64,000 nucleotides of DNA, taken from Patescibacteria group bacterium (GTDB taxonomy: Bacteria; Patescibacteriota; Microgenomatia; UBA8517). Location of the stretch: assembly GCA_038061225.1 (NCBI GenBank), contig JBBTZT010000005.1:19646-83645 (forward strand), in the 5' to 3' direction. The position numbers were made by a program, and so were the translations under genes. A model generated the notes under the pieces. It was not told where the DNA came from and did not search any database. It saw only the letters and a program-made list of their open reading frames with translations. This document shows, in pieces, positions 50,341 through 60,042 of the stretch (its first letter is position 1; each line of letters begins with the position of its first letter).

Positions 50341-51429
50341 TCACTTGATCATATTATCAAGGAAGCCTGAAATTGAACCTGCTGAAATCAAACCTCTAAT
50401 ATCTTTAATTGTAATTGCTAAAATAACAAGTAATAATATTGCCATTCCTACAGTATGGACAATCGCCTCAAATTTAGGAGCTATCTTTTTACCAAATATA
50501 GCTTCTATTACAATAAACAAAAGTCTTCCCCCATCAAGAGCTGGAAATGGAATAATATTTAAAATAGCAAGATTAACAGAAATAATTCCAACAAGATTTA
50601 AAAGTGAAAGAATTCCAGTTTTAGCTACCTCTGTTGTAATTGCAAAAACTCCAACTGGACCTGATACATCTTTTGGACTTCTACCTTGAAATAATTCTGT
50701 AAAGATATTAACAAAACCATAAATAACTGTCTTACCCCAATATAATGCTTCTTTGGTTCCATAATACGCTCCATAAAATGGTCTTTGCCAAACAGGAGGA
50801 AAATAAGTTTCTATATCAGTTATTGCAACACCTAATGGACCTTCACCTGCAGGTGGACTTGTACGAGGAATGATTGTTACTTTTCTGTTTTGAAGATCAA
50901 GTACAGTTTTTTTACCTTTTTTAGTATCAATTTGAGCTATAAACTCAGACACATTTGAAACACTAACTCCATCAACAGAAATAATTTTATCTCCAACAAT
51001 AATCTGAGCAATCTGAGCTGGTGAATTAGTAGCAACATTTAAAACTTTTACTTCTTTTAACTCTCTTGGAATTCCAGTAAATGAATACACAATTCCAAAC
51101 AAAACAATGGCGAGTAAGAAATTCATAACTACCCCCGCAATTATTACCGCTGTTTTTACCCAAAGTGATTTACCCAAGAATGCTAGTTTAGGTTTAGTCA
51201 CTCCCTCCTCGTTCATTTCACCATGAAGCCTAACAAAACCTCCAAATGGAAGTGCATTAATTGAATAAATTGTGCCTCCTACTTTCTTTCCAAAAATCCG
51301 AGGTGGCAAACCAAAACCAAATTCTTCAACCCAAATGCCATTTTTCTTTGCAACAACAAAATGACCCAATTCATGAACTATAACCAAAAGAGAAAGAACT
51401 GCGAAAAAAATTAAAATTGACCAAATCAT
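50341..51429 (-). CDS. rseP: RIP metalloprotease RseP (M50 plus PDZ)
   Basis: HELGH, LPFGGFV, AGVVMN, NIIPFPALDGG. Confidence 0.93.
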   Translation of the reverse strand: MIWSILIFFAVLSLLVIVHELGHFVVAKKNGIWVEEFGFGLPPRIFGKKVGGTIYSINALPFGGFVRLHGEMNEEGVTKPKLAFLGKSLWVKTAVIIAGVVMNFLLAIVLFGIVYSFTGIPRELKEVKVLNVATNSPAQIAQIIVGDKIISVDGVSVSNVSEFIAQIDTKKGKKTVLDLQNRKVTIIPRTSPPAGEGPLGVAITDIETYFPPVWQRPFYGAYYGTKEALYWGKTVIYGFVNIFTELFQGRSPKDVSGPVGVFAITTEVAKTGILSLLNLVGIISVNLAILNIIPFPALDGGRLLFIVIEAIFGKKIAPKFEAIVHTVGMAILLLVILAITIKDIRGLISAGSISGFLDNMIK

Positions 51430-51983
51430 ATTGTTAGAAGCTCTTTCTTTTTATTTTCTCCAAGTGTTTCTATTTTCCCAATATAAAGATCTGTTAATTC
51501 TTGAAGTTTTTTCTCTGTATCTTTTTTTTCATCTTCTGTAATTTCCTTTGCCTCAAAGCCTTTTTTAATATCATGCATTTCATCAGCCCTAATTTGTCTT
51601 ATCATTACTTTTCCATTTTCAAGTTTTTGGGATAATAATTTTACATATTTTTCCCTATCTTCTGTAGTAAGTTGGGGAAATACAATTCTAATTACTTCTC
51701 CATCGATTGATGGATTCATACCGATATTTGCTTCCAGTATTCCTTTTCTAATATCTCCAATTATTGATTTATCCCAAGGAGAAATAACAAGTGTTTGAGT
51801 ATCAGGAGCTGTAATACTTGCAAGTTCCAAGACGCGAAGCGGCTGTGTTCCACCATAAGCAGGACATATAACATTTTCAATCAAACTTGGAGTTGCTCGA
51901 CCACTTCTAATAGCTGAAATATCAGAAACAACAGAATCCACCACTTTTTGCATTTTTGAAGAAATTAAATTTGTATCCATCAC
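51426..51983 (-). CDS. frr: Ribosome recycling factor
   Basis: IRSGRATP, ISPWDK, PQLTTEDR. Confidence 0.95.
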   Translation of the reverse strand: MMDTNLISSKMQKVVDSVVSDISAIRSGRATPSLIENVICPAYGGTQPLRVLELASITAPDTQTLVISPWDKSIIGDIRKGILEANIGMNPSIDGEVIRIVFPQLTTEDREKYVKLLSQKLENGKVMIRQIRADEMHDIKKGFEAKEITEDEKKDTEKKLQELTDLYIGKIETLGENKKKELLTI

Positions 51984-52444
51984 ATACCTAGTTCAACACG
52001 AACTACTCTACCCAGTTTAATATTTTCACCAGTTTTTGCAATAACTTCTTTAATTAAATCTGTAATTTTTTTGTTTGGGTCTTTAATAAAATCTTGATTT
52101 TCTATATTTTCTTCACCCATTGAAGCAACTTGTAATGCAATATCTTTTCCTAATTGTTCAAATAATTCATTTCGGGAAACAAAATCAGTTTCACTAAAAA
52201 GTTCAACAACTGAAACTATTTTATTATTATGGTGCGAATATGAAAAAACCTTTCCTTGTCCTGTTTGACGAGATTCTCTTTTTGCAACTTTTTCTAATCC
52301 TTCTTTTTTAAGAATTTGAACTGCTTTTTTTTCGCTTATCTGCGCAGGCAGGTCTCCAAACTGTTCTAAAATTTGCTTCACTCGCATAACCCCAGCTCCC
52401 GTTTCTTCTCTAACTTTTTTGATTAAATCAGCAGTTATCTTCAT
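51980..52444 (-). CDS. tsf: Elongation factor Ts (short form)
   Basis: IKKVREETGAG, SETDFVSR, IALQVAS, GENIKL. Confidence 0.93.
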   Translation of the reverse strand: MKITADLIKKVREETGAGVMRVKQILEQFGDLPAQISEKKAVQILKKEGLEKVAKRESRQTGQGKVFSYSHHNNKIVSVVELFSETDFVSRNELFEQLGKDIALQVASMGEENIENQDFIKDPNKKITDLIKEVIAKTGENIKLGRVVRVELGM

Positions 52445-53166
52445 GATTTTGATTTTGCTTGTCTCGCCGGAGTCTTTTTGACAGAGGCGGATCCTTCAAG
52501 AATTGCTCCCTTTATATATTCTAAAACTAATTCTAATGCTTTTGTAGCATCGTCATTCATTGGAATTGGGAAATCCACCATATTTGGATCCGAGTTAGTA
52601 TCAACAATACCAACTATTGGTATATTTTTTCTATTTGCCTCTCTTATAGCAGTAGCCTCTTTTCTAATATCAACTACTATTAAAAGATCAGGCATTTTTT
52701 TAAGATTTGTAATACCTCCAAAAAACCTTTCTAATCTATCTTTTTCTCTTTCCAAAAGAAGTCTTTCTTTCTTTGTATATTTTGCATAATATCCTGACTC
52801 AAATTTAGCTTTCATATCAGCTAGTAAATCTATTGATTTTTTGATTTGGGCAAAATTAGTAATAGTTCCACCTAGCCATCTATCAGTTACAACTGATATG
52901 TTCGTATCTTGAGCAATTTCTAAGGCTTTATCTTTTGCTTGCTTTTTAGTAGCAAGAAGAAGAATTGTTTTATTTTCTTTAATAGTTTTTGTAATTTCAA
53001 AAAGAGCAATTTCAAGTGCTTCTTTAGTTTTTACAAGATCAAAAATATGGACGCCATCTTGTTCACCATATACAAAATCTTTAACTTTTGGATTCCAACG
53101 TTTAACTTGGTGCCCAAAGTGAGCACCTGATTCTAGTAAGTCTGTAAGTGATATCTTAACTGCCAT
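52441..53166 (-). CDS. rpsB: 30S ribosomal protein S2
   Basis: GAHFGH, WNPK, RWLGGTITN, VDTNSDP, PMNDD. Confidence 0.97.
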   Translation of the reverse strand: MAVKISLTDLLESGAHFGHQVKRWNPKVKDFVYGEQDGVHIFDLVKTKEALEIALFEITKTIKENKTILLLATKKQAKDKALEIAQDTNISVVTDRWLGGTITNFAQIKKSIDLLADMKAKFESGYYAKYTKKERLLLEREKDRLERFFGGITNLKKMPDLLIVVDIRKEATAIREANRKNIPIVGIVDTNSDPNMVDFPIPMNDDATKALELVLEYIKGAILEGSASVKKTPARQAKSKS

Positions 53167-53177
53167 AGTAAGGTATT

Positions 53178-53714
53178 TTAATTTAAAGATTGAAGTTTAA
53201 CAAGAGCTTGTTTGTTTATTTTTATATTTTCTAAAGCTGATTTACTTGCAGCTCTGGCTAAATGAATTGCGGTTTTGGCATCACTTAGTGTATTTTTGTT
53301 ACCAATTTTCGAGACGTGATAGGCAAGTTTTTCTAGAATTTGTGACAATTTTCTCACTTCCATTGGAACAGCAATTGCATATTTTAATGACTTTCTAATT
53401 GCAGTTTTGCCTGCCTGCGCAGGCAGGTTCTTTGCAGATTTATAAGCCACCATTACCTTATCAAATGCTTTTTTGTCGTCTTCAACTAATTTAGTTAGCT
53501 TCTTTTTTAGATCAACTGCATCTTTATGAATCTTAATAATATCTTTTTGCACTTTTTCATAACCCTTTTTATCAATTGTTAAATTACAAACCATTTCAAT
53601 AAGACTTGCTGCAAATGAACCAGACAAAGCAGCAATTACTCCACCTCCAGGAGTTGGATTTTTGCTAGATAGATCCTTTTGAAATTTTTCTAATGTTTGT
53701 GAGTTAATACTCAT
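53178..53714 (-). CDS. Formiminotetrahydrofolate cyclodeaminase family protein
   Basis: PTPGGG..AA, MVCNLT, GNKNTLSD; adjacent to the formiminotransferase. Confidence 0.88.
   Translation of the reverse strand: MSINSQTLEKFQKDLSSKNPTPGGGVIAALSGSFAASLIEMVCNLTIDKKGYEKVQKDIIKIHKDAVDLKKKLTKLVEDDKKAFDKVMVAYKSAKNLPAQAGKTAIRKSLKYAIAVPMEVRKLSQILEKLAYHVSKIGNKNTLSDAKTAIHLARAASKSALENIKINKQALVKLQSLN
53410..53427. repeat. 18-bp perfect palindrome CCTGCCTGCGCAGGCAGG (also 58778-58795; partial copy 52340-52352)
   Basis: Identical copies in two genes, both encoding LPAQAG; the 13-bp part in tsf encodes LPAQ. Confidence 0.9.
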
Positions 53715-54586
53715 TCGTATAATTTCTTTTCTAAAACTTGGCCACTTTTAAAGGCGTCCGCCTTAAAAGTAGATTTAATAGCCTTAACAAGGCTTTCAAG
53801 AGGAATCATACCATATATTTCTGAATTTTTAATCTTAACTCCAAGTTTATCTGCCACTAATTTCACCGCGTTAAACGCGGCATCGAAGTTTGTCTTCTCG
53901 AAATCAACCAAATTCATAGAGACTTGTGCAAACCCATCAACTTCAAAACCTAATGCCTTAACAGCTTTTAGCCCACCATCTTTTTCGCGAATGGTTTTAG
54001 CAATATTTTTTGCAATATTAATATCCTTTGTATCTAAATTTACATTATATGCAACTAAATATTTTCTAGCTCCTATTACTACAGCGCCTGCTGTAGGGTG
54101 AATTTTATCTGGGCCATAATCAGGCTTATTCATTTTTATTTTTAATCCTTGATATTCACCCCTTCTAATATCTGCTAAATTTTTATTTTCTTTTCTTTTT
54201 GCTGAAGCTTCATACATAAATACAGGGATTTTTAATTCCTCTGCTACTTTTTGAGCAAGCTTATTTGAAAGGGCAACACATTCTTCCATGGTCACAGCAG
54301 AAACTGGAACAAATGGAACAACGTCAGTTGCTCCAATTCTTGGGTGTTCCCCTTTATGTTTATTCATATCAATAAGTTTTGTAGCAATCTTTATGCTTTC
54401 AAAAACTGAATTTAAAACGTCTTCAGGAGAACCTACAATAGTGAATAAACATCTGTTGTGATCTTTATTGTATTCAAGTTCAAAGGATTTTACATTTTTG
54501 ATTTTGGAAGCATTAAAAATTGCATTTATAATTTTTAAATTTTTCCCCTCACTAAAATTCGGCACACACTCTACAATTTTGTTCAT
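53711..54586 (-). CDS. ftcD: Glutamate formiminotransferase
   Basis: IVECVPNFSEG, DHNR, GEHPRIGATDVVPF, GAR..LVAYNVNL, QVSMNL. Confidence 0.93.
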   Translation of the reverse strand: MNKIVECVPNFSEGKNLKIINAIFNASKIKNVKSFELEYNKDHNRCLFTIVGSPEDVLNSVFESIKIATKLIDMNKHKGEHPRIGATDVVPFVPVSAVTMEECVALSNKLAQKVAEELKIPVFMYEASAKRKENKNLADIRRGEYQGLKIKMNKPDYGPDKIHPTAGAVVIGARKYLVAYNVNLDTKDINIAKNIAKTIREKDGGLKAVKALGFEVDGFAQVSMNLVDFEKTNFDAAFNAVKLVADKLGVKIKNSEIYGMIPLESLVKAIKSTFKADAFKSGQVLEKKLYE

Positions 54587-54600
54587 ATTGGTATTATAAC

Positions 54601-55209
54601 TCAAATTGATTTTTTAAAGAATTTATTTACTTCATTTATAATTCTTTCTGAAATTTCTTTTTTGGTACCCTCACCATTGACAACTTTTATTGTCTTAGGA
54701 TATTTCATCGAAAGCCACTCATATGTTGTCCACACTTTTTTAAGTTTCTTTACTTCTTCAAAAAGCTCAAAGCCAAATCTGTTATCTTTTATTCGTTTAA
54801 GAGATTCTTCTGGTTTTATCTTTAAAATTATCGTCAGATCTGGTAACAAAAAGTATCTTTGCAGACCTAATAGCCATTTTTTGTCTAAAGTGGTAGATCC
54901 AAATGCAATAGTACTCCAAATATATCGATCGCAAACTACATTTTGTCCTTTTTGTAAAATAGGTTTTATAACTCTTTGGATGTGATGTCCCCTATCTGCA
55001 GAAAACAAAAGCTGCAACGATTCATCTGGTAGATGATAGACTCCTGTAAGAACACCTCGAATAAGTCCGCCTATAATATTGTCTGTCGGTTCTTTTGTAT
55101 AAAAAGTTTTTATTTTTTTACTATTTAAGTAATCAACCAATAAATTAATTTGAGAAGTAGCACCACTACCATCTAGCCCTTCTATAACTATAAATTTTCC
55201 TTTCATCAA
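54601..55209 (-). CDS. tmk: Thymidylate kinase
   Basis: FIVIEGLDGSG, KEPT, LLFSADR, CDRY. Confidence 0.92.
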   Translation of the reverse strand: MMKGKFIVIEGLDGSGATSQINLLVDYLNSKKIKTFYTKEPTDNIIGGLIRGVLTGVYHLPDESLQLLFSADRGHHIQRVIKPILQKGQNVVCDRYIWSTIAFGSTTLDKKWLLGLQRYFLLPDLTIILKIKPEESLKRIKDNRFGFELFEEVKKLKKVWTTYEWLSMKYPKTIKVVNGEGTKKEISERIINEVNKFFKKSI

Positions 55210-55291
55210 TTGTAAATTATACTAACTCATTCCAAACTTCAAGAGGAAAATTATATTTAATTTTACTTGTTATCACGAAATGTCAATAGAT

Positions 55292-55651
55292 TTACCTATT
55301 ATCCCCACTGCCATGAAGAGCATTTCTTTCTTTTCTTGAAGATAATTTTTCAATATTCATAGAAACTACGTCAGAAAATTTTAAATTAAGTTCTGTTGAA
55401 AGTTGGGCAACATACCACAAAACATCTCCCAATTCCTTTCCTATTTCCAGTCTTTTTTCATTAGTTAATTTTCCACCATCGTCACGAAAAAGTTTTTTTA
55501 TTTTTTCTGAAACCTCGCCCACCTCACCCTGCAAACCAATTAGCGGATATACAAAACTTTTACCAATTTTTGGATAAACTGCAGTCTTTTTACAAAACTT
55601 TTGATACTCATCAAAATCTTTGAAATTTTTATTTTTTGAAAATACCGACAT
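55292..55651 (-). CDS. MazG-like nucleotide pyrophosphohydrolase
   Basis: GLQGEVGEV, KELGDVLWY, GSGDNR. Confidence 0.9.
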   Translation of the reverse strand: MSVFSKNKNFKDFDEYQKFCKKTAVYPKIGKSFVYPLIGLQGEVGEVSEKIKKLFRDDGGKLTNEKRLEIGKELGDVLWYVAQLSTELNLKFSDVVSMNIEKLSSRKERNALHGSGDNR

Positions 55652-55744
55652 CTTGGAGTCAATTTAACAAGTAAATACTTTGAAGTCAACTACTCATAAT
55701 GAATTTTTAAATACAAAATAGTTATTGTTAAAAACAAGCTTTGC

Positions 55745-55996
55745 TTATTCTTTTTCGATTAAAATCTTTGTCATCGGTGAAAATTTACAATTCTTTGTAA
55801 CTTCATCTGGTACAGCTAACGCACGTGTATATTTATCACCCTTTTTGTATTCTGCGATTGCATCTGCTTCACTCATTTCATATTTTTCCTGAAGCGCTTC
55901 TATAACATGTTTATACATATCTATGGCAAAAGGTTTTGAAGCACAGTCACATTCTTTTGTTGGATCGATTGCACAAATTACTGTATCAGCTGACAT
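55745..55996 (-). CDS. Small hypothetical protein with 4 Cys
   Basis: 83-aa ORF with TGTATAAT 8 nt upstream of the ATG. Confidence 0.55.
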   Translation of the reverse strand: MSADTVICAIDPTKECDCASKPFAIDMYKHVIEALQEKYEMSEADAIAEYKKGDKYTRALAVPDEVTKNCKFSPMTKILIEKE

Positions 55997-56016
55997 AATT
56001 TGCGATTATACACTAC

Positions 56017-57966
56017 TCATTCTTTCTTTGGCAACTTCCAAGTAGCATGTTTACAATTAGGATAGTTACTACAACCAAAAAACTTTTTGCCCTTTTTTGA
56101 TCTTTTTACAATTAATTCTCCGATCTGACATTCTGGACATTTAAATCCAGTTTTTTCTAAATATTTTTCTGTATATTTACATTCAGGAAAAGTAGAACAA
56201 CTTATAAATTTTCCGAATCTTCCAACTCTAACTACTAGTTCTCCGGCAGAGCAATCCGGGCATTTTTTGCCCAATTTTTCAGTTTCAATTTTTACACGTT
56301 CTGAAGTTTTTTCGACATTATCTAATTTTTTTGAAAATGGTATCCAGAATTTTTTCATTTCTTCTTGCCATTTTATTTTTCCAAGTGCAATTCTATCTAA
56401 ATCTTCTTCCATTTCTGCGGTAAAACTATATTCAAGTTCATCTGGAAAATTCTTTACTAAAAACTCAGTTACTGCAAAACCAATCGAGGTTGGAAAAAAG
56501 TTTTTTTCTTTTTTTTCTACATAACTTCTTAATTGTATTGTTGAAATGATTGGTGCATATGTTGAAGGCCTACCAATCCCCAATTTTTCTAAAGTTTTAA
56601 TTAGAGATGCTTCATTATATCTTGCTGGGGCTAAGGTAAACTTTTGATCTGCCCAAATCTCGATCTTTTCTAAATTTTCACCCTTAATCACTTCAGGTAA
56701 AATTATTACTTCTTTATCTACATTAAATAATTTTCTCCAGCCATCAAATTTCATAACCTGACCGCTGGCGCGCAGGATGTAGGATGTAGGATGTAGGATG
56801 GCTGAAACATCAATTGTAGTTTCAGAATATGCAGCTTGAGCCATTTGACAAGCTAAAAATCTTCTTCTAATTAAATCATATAGCTTTTCTTCCCCATATT
56901 CACCGTTTACAAATGATGATTTACGATTCACATCCGTTACACGTATTGCTTCGTGTGCTTCTTGAGCCGACTTACTTTTTGTTTTGTAAGAAATTGGTTT
57001 TCCTGGTAAATAATCTTTTCCAAATTCTTTTTCTATAAAAGTCCTCGCGATTTTCACTGCGTCAACAGATAAATTTAGAGAGTCCGTACGATGATATGTA
57101 ATCAAACCTTCTTCATATAACTTTTGTGCAGCTGACATAGTTTTTTTTGCACTCCATCCAAATATTCTGGCAGCTGTCTGAGTCATTGTAGAAGTAGTAA
57201 ATGGCGGGTATGGATTTTTTCTAACTACTCTTTTTTTAACATCTGAAACCTGATATTTGGCTTTCTGGAGTTCTTCTAAAATTTTGTCAGCTTGCTCTTT
57301 TGTCTTAACTATTTGTTTGATTAGTTGTATTGTGAATGAATTATTATTTTTTAATTCTTCATTCTTAACTGTAGCGTATATTTCCCAATATTCTTCAGAT
57401 TTAAATGCTTTAATTTCATTTTCTTTCTCAACAATCAATCGAACTGCAACAGACTGAACACGTCCTGCAGAAAGTCCCCTTCTTACTTTTTTCCAAAGAA
57501 GAGGTGATAATTTATAGCCCACAAGCCTATCAAGTACTCTTCTTGCAATTTGTGCATCCACGAGGTTTCTATTTATAACAGTTGGATTGTTTAATGCATG
57601 CTCCACAGCTTGTTTAGTTATTTCGTGAAATGTAGCTCTCTTCAATTTTAAATTTTTAATTTTAAATTTTAAATTTGCAAAGATGTCTTCGACATGCTTT
57701 GCTATGGCTTCTCCTTCTCTATCAGGATCTGTTGCAATATAAATTTCATTAGCATTTTTAGCCTTTTTTTGTAATTTACTAATTACATCTTTTTTCTTTT
57801 CAAGTAGTAAATAATCTGGCATAAAATTATTTTCTATATCTATACTTAATTTACTTTTAGGTAAATCTTTAATGTGACCTTTTGTTGAATCCACATCATA
57901 ACCACTTCCTAAAAATTTAGAAAGCGTCTTAGCTTTTGTCGGTGACTCAACAATAATTAATTTCAT
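56017..57966 (-). CDS. topA: DNA topoisomerase I
   Basis: IVESPTKAKT, ATDPDREGE, SAGRVQS, ITYHRTDS, GIGRPSTYA, two C-terminal Zn ribbons. Confidence 0.97.
   Translation of the reverse strand: MKLIIVESPTKAKTLSKFLGSGYDVDSTKGHIKDLPKSKLSIDIENNFMPDYLLLEKKKDVISKLQKKAKNANEIYIATDPDREGEAIAKHVEDIFANLKFKIKNLKLKRATFHEITKQAVEHALNNPTVINRNLVDAQIARRVLDRLVGYKLSPLLWKKVRRGLSAGRVQSVAVRLIVEKENEIKAFKSEEYWEIYATVKNEELKNNNSFTIQLIKQIVKTKEQADKILEELQKAKYQVSDVKKRVVRKNPYPPFTTSTMTQTAARIFGWSAKKTMSAAQKLYEEGLITYHRTDSLNLSVDAVKIARTFIEKEFGKDYLPGKPISYKTKSKSAQEAHEAIRVTDVNRKSSFVNGEYGEEKLYDLIRRRFLACQMAQAAYSETTIDVSAILHPTSYILRASGQVMKFDGWRKLFNVDKEVIILPEVIKGENLEKIEIWADQKFTLAPARYNEASLIKTLEKLGIGRPSTYAPIISTIQLRSYVEKKEKNFFPTSIGFAVTEFLVKNFPDELEYSFTAEMEEDLDRIALGKIKWQEEMKKFWIPFSKKLDNVEKTSERVKIETEKLGKKCPDCSAGELVVRVGRFGKFISCSTFPECKYTEKYLEKTGFKCPECQIGELIVKRSKKGKKFFGCSNYPNCKHATWKLPKKE
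56774..56801. repeat. (AGGATGT)x4 heptamer array within topA
   Basis: Three perfect units plus AGGATGG; encodes ILHPTSYIL. Confidence 0.9.
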
Positions 57967-58526
57967 CTAACGTTTAAATACTCTAATATATCTTGTGGTG
58001 AATTAGCAATACTCGCTCCATTTTCTATTAAATAATCAGTAGCCTCGCTACCCGGTATAGCATAAACATCTTTTCCTTCATTTGCCGCATGATTTGCGGT
58101 GGAAATTGTACCAGACCTCCTCTTTCCTTCAACCACCAAAACTGCAAGAGATAATTTAACTATTAACTGATTTCTAGCAAGAAAGTTAGCTCCTATCGGT
58201 TTTGTTCCATTTGGAAAACCTGAAACTAAAGCCCCATTTTTTGATATTTCTTCTGCTAACTTTTTATTTTCAGCTGGATATATAATGTCAATTCCAGATC
58301 CTAAAACTGCAATTGTGCGGCCGTGATATTTAAGTGTGGTTTGATGAGCTATTGTATCTATTCCCCTAGCAAGACCTGAAACAATTGTTATGTTGTTTTC
58401 AACTAGTACTTTTACAAATTCTTCCGTTAATTTTTTACCCCTTTCAGACATTTCCCTTGACCCAACAACAGCAACAGCTCTTTTATCAATATCTTTTAGC
58501 TCTCCTAAAATAAAAAGGTCATTCAT
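57963..58526 (-). CDS. dprA: DNA-processing protein DprA, Rossmann core only
   Basis: AVVGSR, VSGLARGID, FLARN, SGTISTA; ATG 58526 preferred. Confidence 0.9.
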   Translation of the reverse strand: MNDLFILGELKDIDKRAVAVVGSREMSERGKKLTEEFVKVLVENNITIVSGLARGIDTIAHQTTLKYHGRTIAVLGSGIDIIYPAENKKLAEEISKNGALVSGFPNGTKPIGANFLARNQLIVKLSLAVLVVEGKRRSGTISTANHAANEGKDVYAIPGSEATDYLIENGASIANSPQDILEYLNVR

Positions 58527-60033
58527 TTTTGTTTCCTTCAAAATAATAATTAAAAATATTTCTTGCAATTGGCCCTGCTATTTTTGAACCTTCTCCAGAT
58601 TTTTCAATCATTACAGTTAGTGCAATTTCTGGATTTTCAATCGGTGCAAAAGCAGTAAACCATGCATGAGTTTTATTATCTTCATTTGTTTCTGCGGTTC
58701 CTGTCTTACAGCCTATTTCAATACCATTATGTTTCTCACTAAAGTCAAAAAAAGTAAATCCTGTTCCACCCGTCTGACCTGCCTGCGCAGGCAGGCATAC
58801 TTTTTTCATCCCTTCTTTTACTAAATTAATATTTTCCATCTTTATTTTTGTTTTTTGACAATTTGTTTCACCCACAATTTTAAGATCACAAAATTTACCA
58901 CTATTTGCAATAACAAGGTTTGCTCTATGAATTCCAATAGGGGTTAGGGCAAGATCTCCTTGCCCTATTGAAAAATGATATGTATTACCTAAAAACCATT
59001 TCTCTTTTTTTGTTTTTTCTTTCCAATCGGGAGATGGAATAAGAGAAATAATTTCTCCAGGAATATCAATATCTGTTAATTTAGTTAAGCCAAAATTTTT
59101 CATCCAATCAACAAGTTTGTCAATGCCCACAGCCTCTCCAATCTTGTAGAAAAAAGTGTCTGTCGAACGCGCTATTGCTTTTGTTAAATCAATTTCTCCT
59201 TCTTTTCCACCATATTGGGTAAAATACCAATTTGTATATGAAAAATTACCATACATCGATTTAACGGTTACAACCCCAGTATCTATGTATCTATAATTTT
59301 TATCTATTTTCCCCTCTTCTAAAGCTGCAATAGCGATTAATGGTTTAAATATTGATCCTGGATGATACAAACCACCGATACTCCTGTTAAAAAGTGGAAG
59401 TTCTGGATCATTCAAACTTTTGGGGATATTATCTGGATCAAAAGATGGTGATGAAAAAAGAGCTAATACTCCACCATTTTTGTCTGTTGCAATAACTGAT
59501 CCACTTTTCCCAGCCATCTCTGTTGCAATAGTATTTTGTAAATTAAAATCAATATTTGTTCTAAGGTCACTACCCGAAATTGGATATTTTATGCCTAAAC
59601 TTCTTAGGTTTCTTCCCTGACTATCAACTTCTATTAATTCTTCCCCGTCAACACCTGTCAAATAACAATTATAATATTCAGAAAGTCCTCCACGACCTAC
59701 AATTTGCCCTAGTTTATAAACACCTTTTTCGATACATTTTGGATTAATTTTGCCGACCTCCTCGGCGTTGGTCTCAGCTAAATAACCAACTAGATGAGAA
59801 AAATTAACCCCATTCAAAACTTCACCACCACGAGCTAAAATTTTTCCTCGTTCTGCTTTAATCTTTATTCTTTCTATCCTATTTCCTTCCGATAATTTTC
59901 TGTAATATTCTCCTTTGATCAATTGAAGATCTATAAGCCTTGCTATCAAAACCAAAAAACCAAATAATAAAACTCCTCTTAAAAACCACGAAAACCATGA
60001 TTGCTGTCTATTAAATGTTGCCAACGTCTGCAT
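58519..60033 (-). CDS. mrdA: Penicillin-binding protein 2 (transpeptidase)
   Basis: PGSIFK (SxxK), RSTDTFFY, SIGQG, KTGTAE; downstream of mreB. Confidence 0.9.
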   Translation of the reverse strand: MQTLATFNRQQSWFSWFLRGVLLFGFLVLIARLIDLQLIKGEYYRKLSEGNRIERIKIKAERGKILARGGEVLNGVNFSHLVGYLAETNAEEVGKINPKCIEKGVYKLGQIVGRGGLSEYYNCYLTGVDGEELIEVDSQGRNLRSLGIKYPISGSDLRTNIDFNLQNTIATEMAGKSGSVIATDKNGGVLALFSSPSFDPDNIPKSLNDPELPLFNRSIGGLYHPGSIFKPLIAIAALEEGKIDKNYRYIDTGVVTVKSMYGNFSYTNWYFTQYGGKEGEIDLTKAIARSTDTFFYKIGEAVGIDKLVDWMKNFGLTKLTDIDIPGEIISLIPSPDWKEKTKKEKWFLGNTYHFSIGQGDLALTPIGIHRANLVIANSGKFCDLKIVGETNCQKTKIKMENINLVKEGMKKVCLPAQAGQTGGTGFTFFDFSEKHNGIEIGCKTGTAETNEDNKTHAWFTAFAPIENPEIALTVMIEKSGEGSKIAGPIARNIFNYYFEGNKNE

Positions 60034-60042
60034 AACTATATA

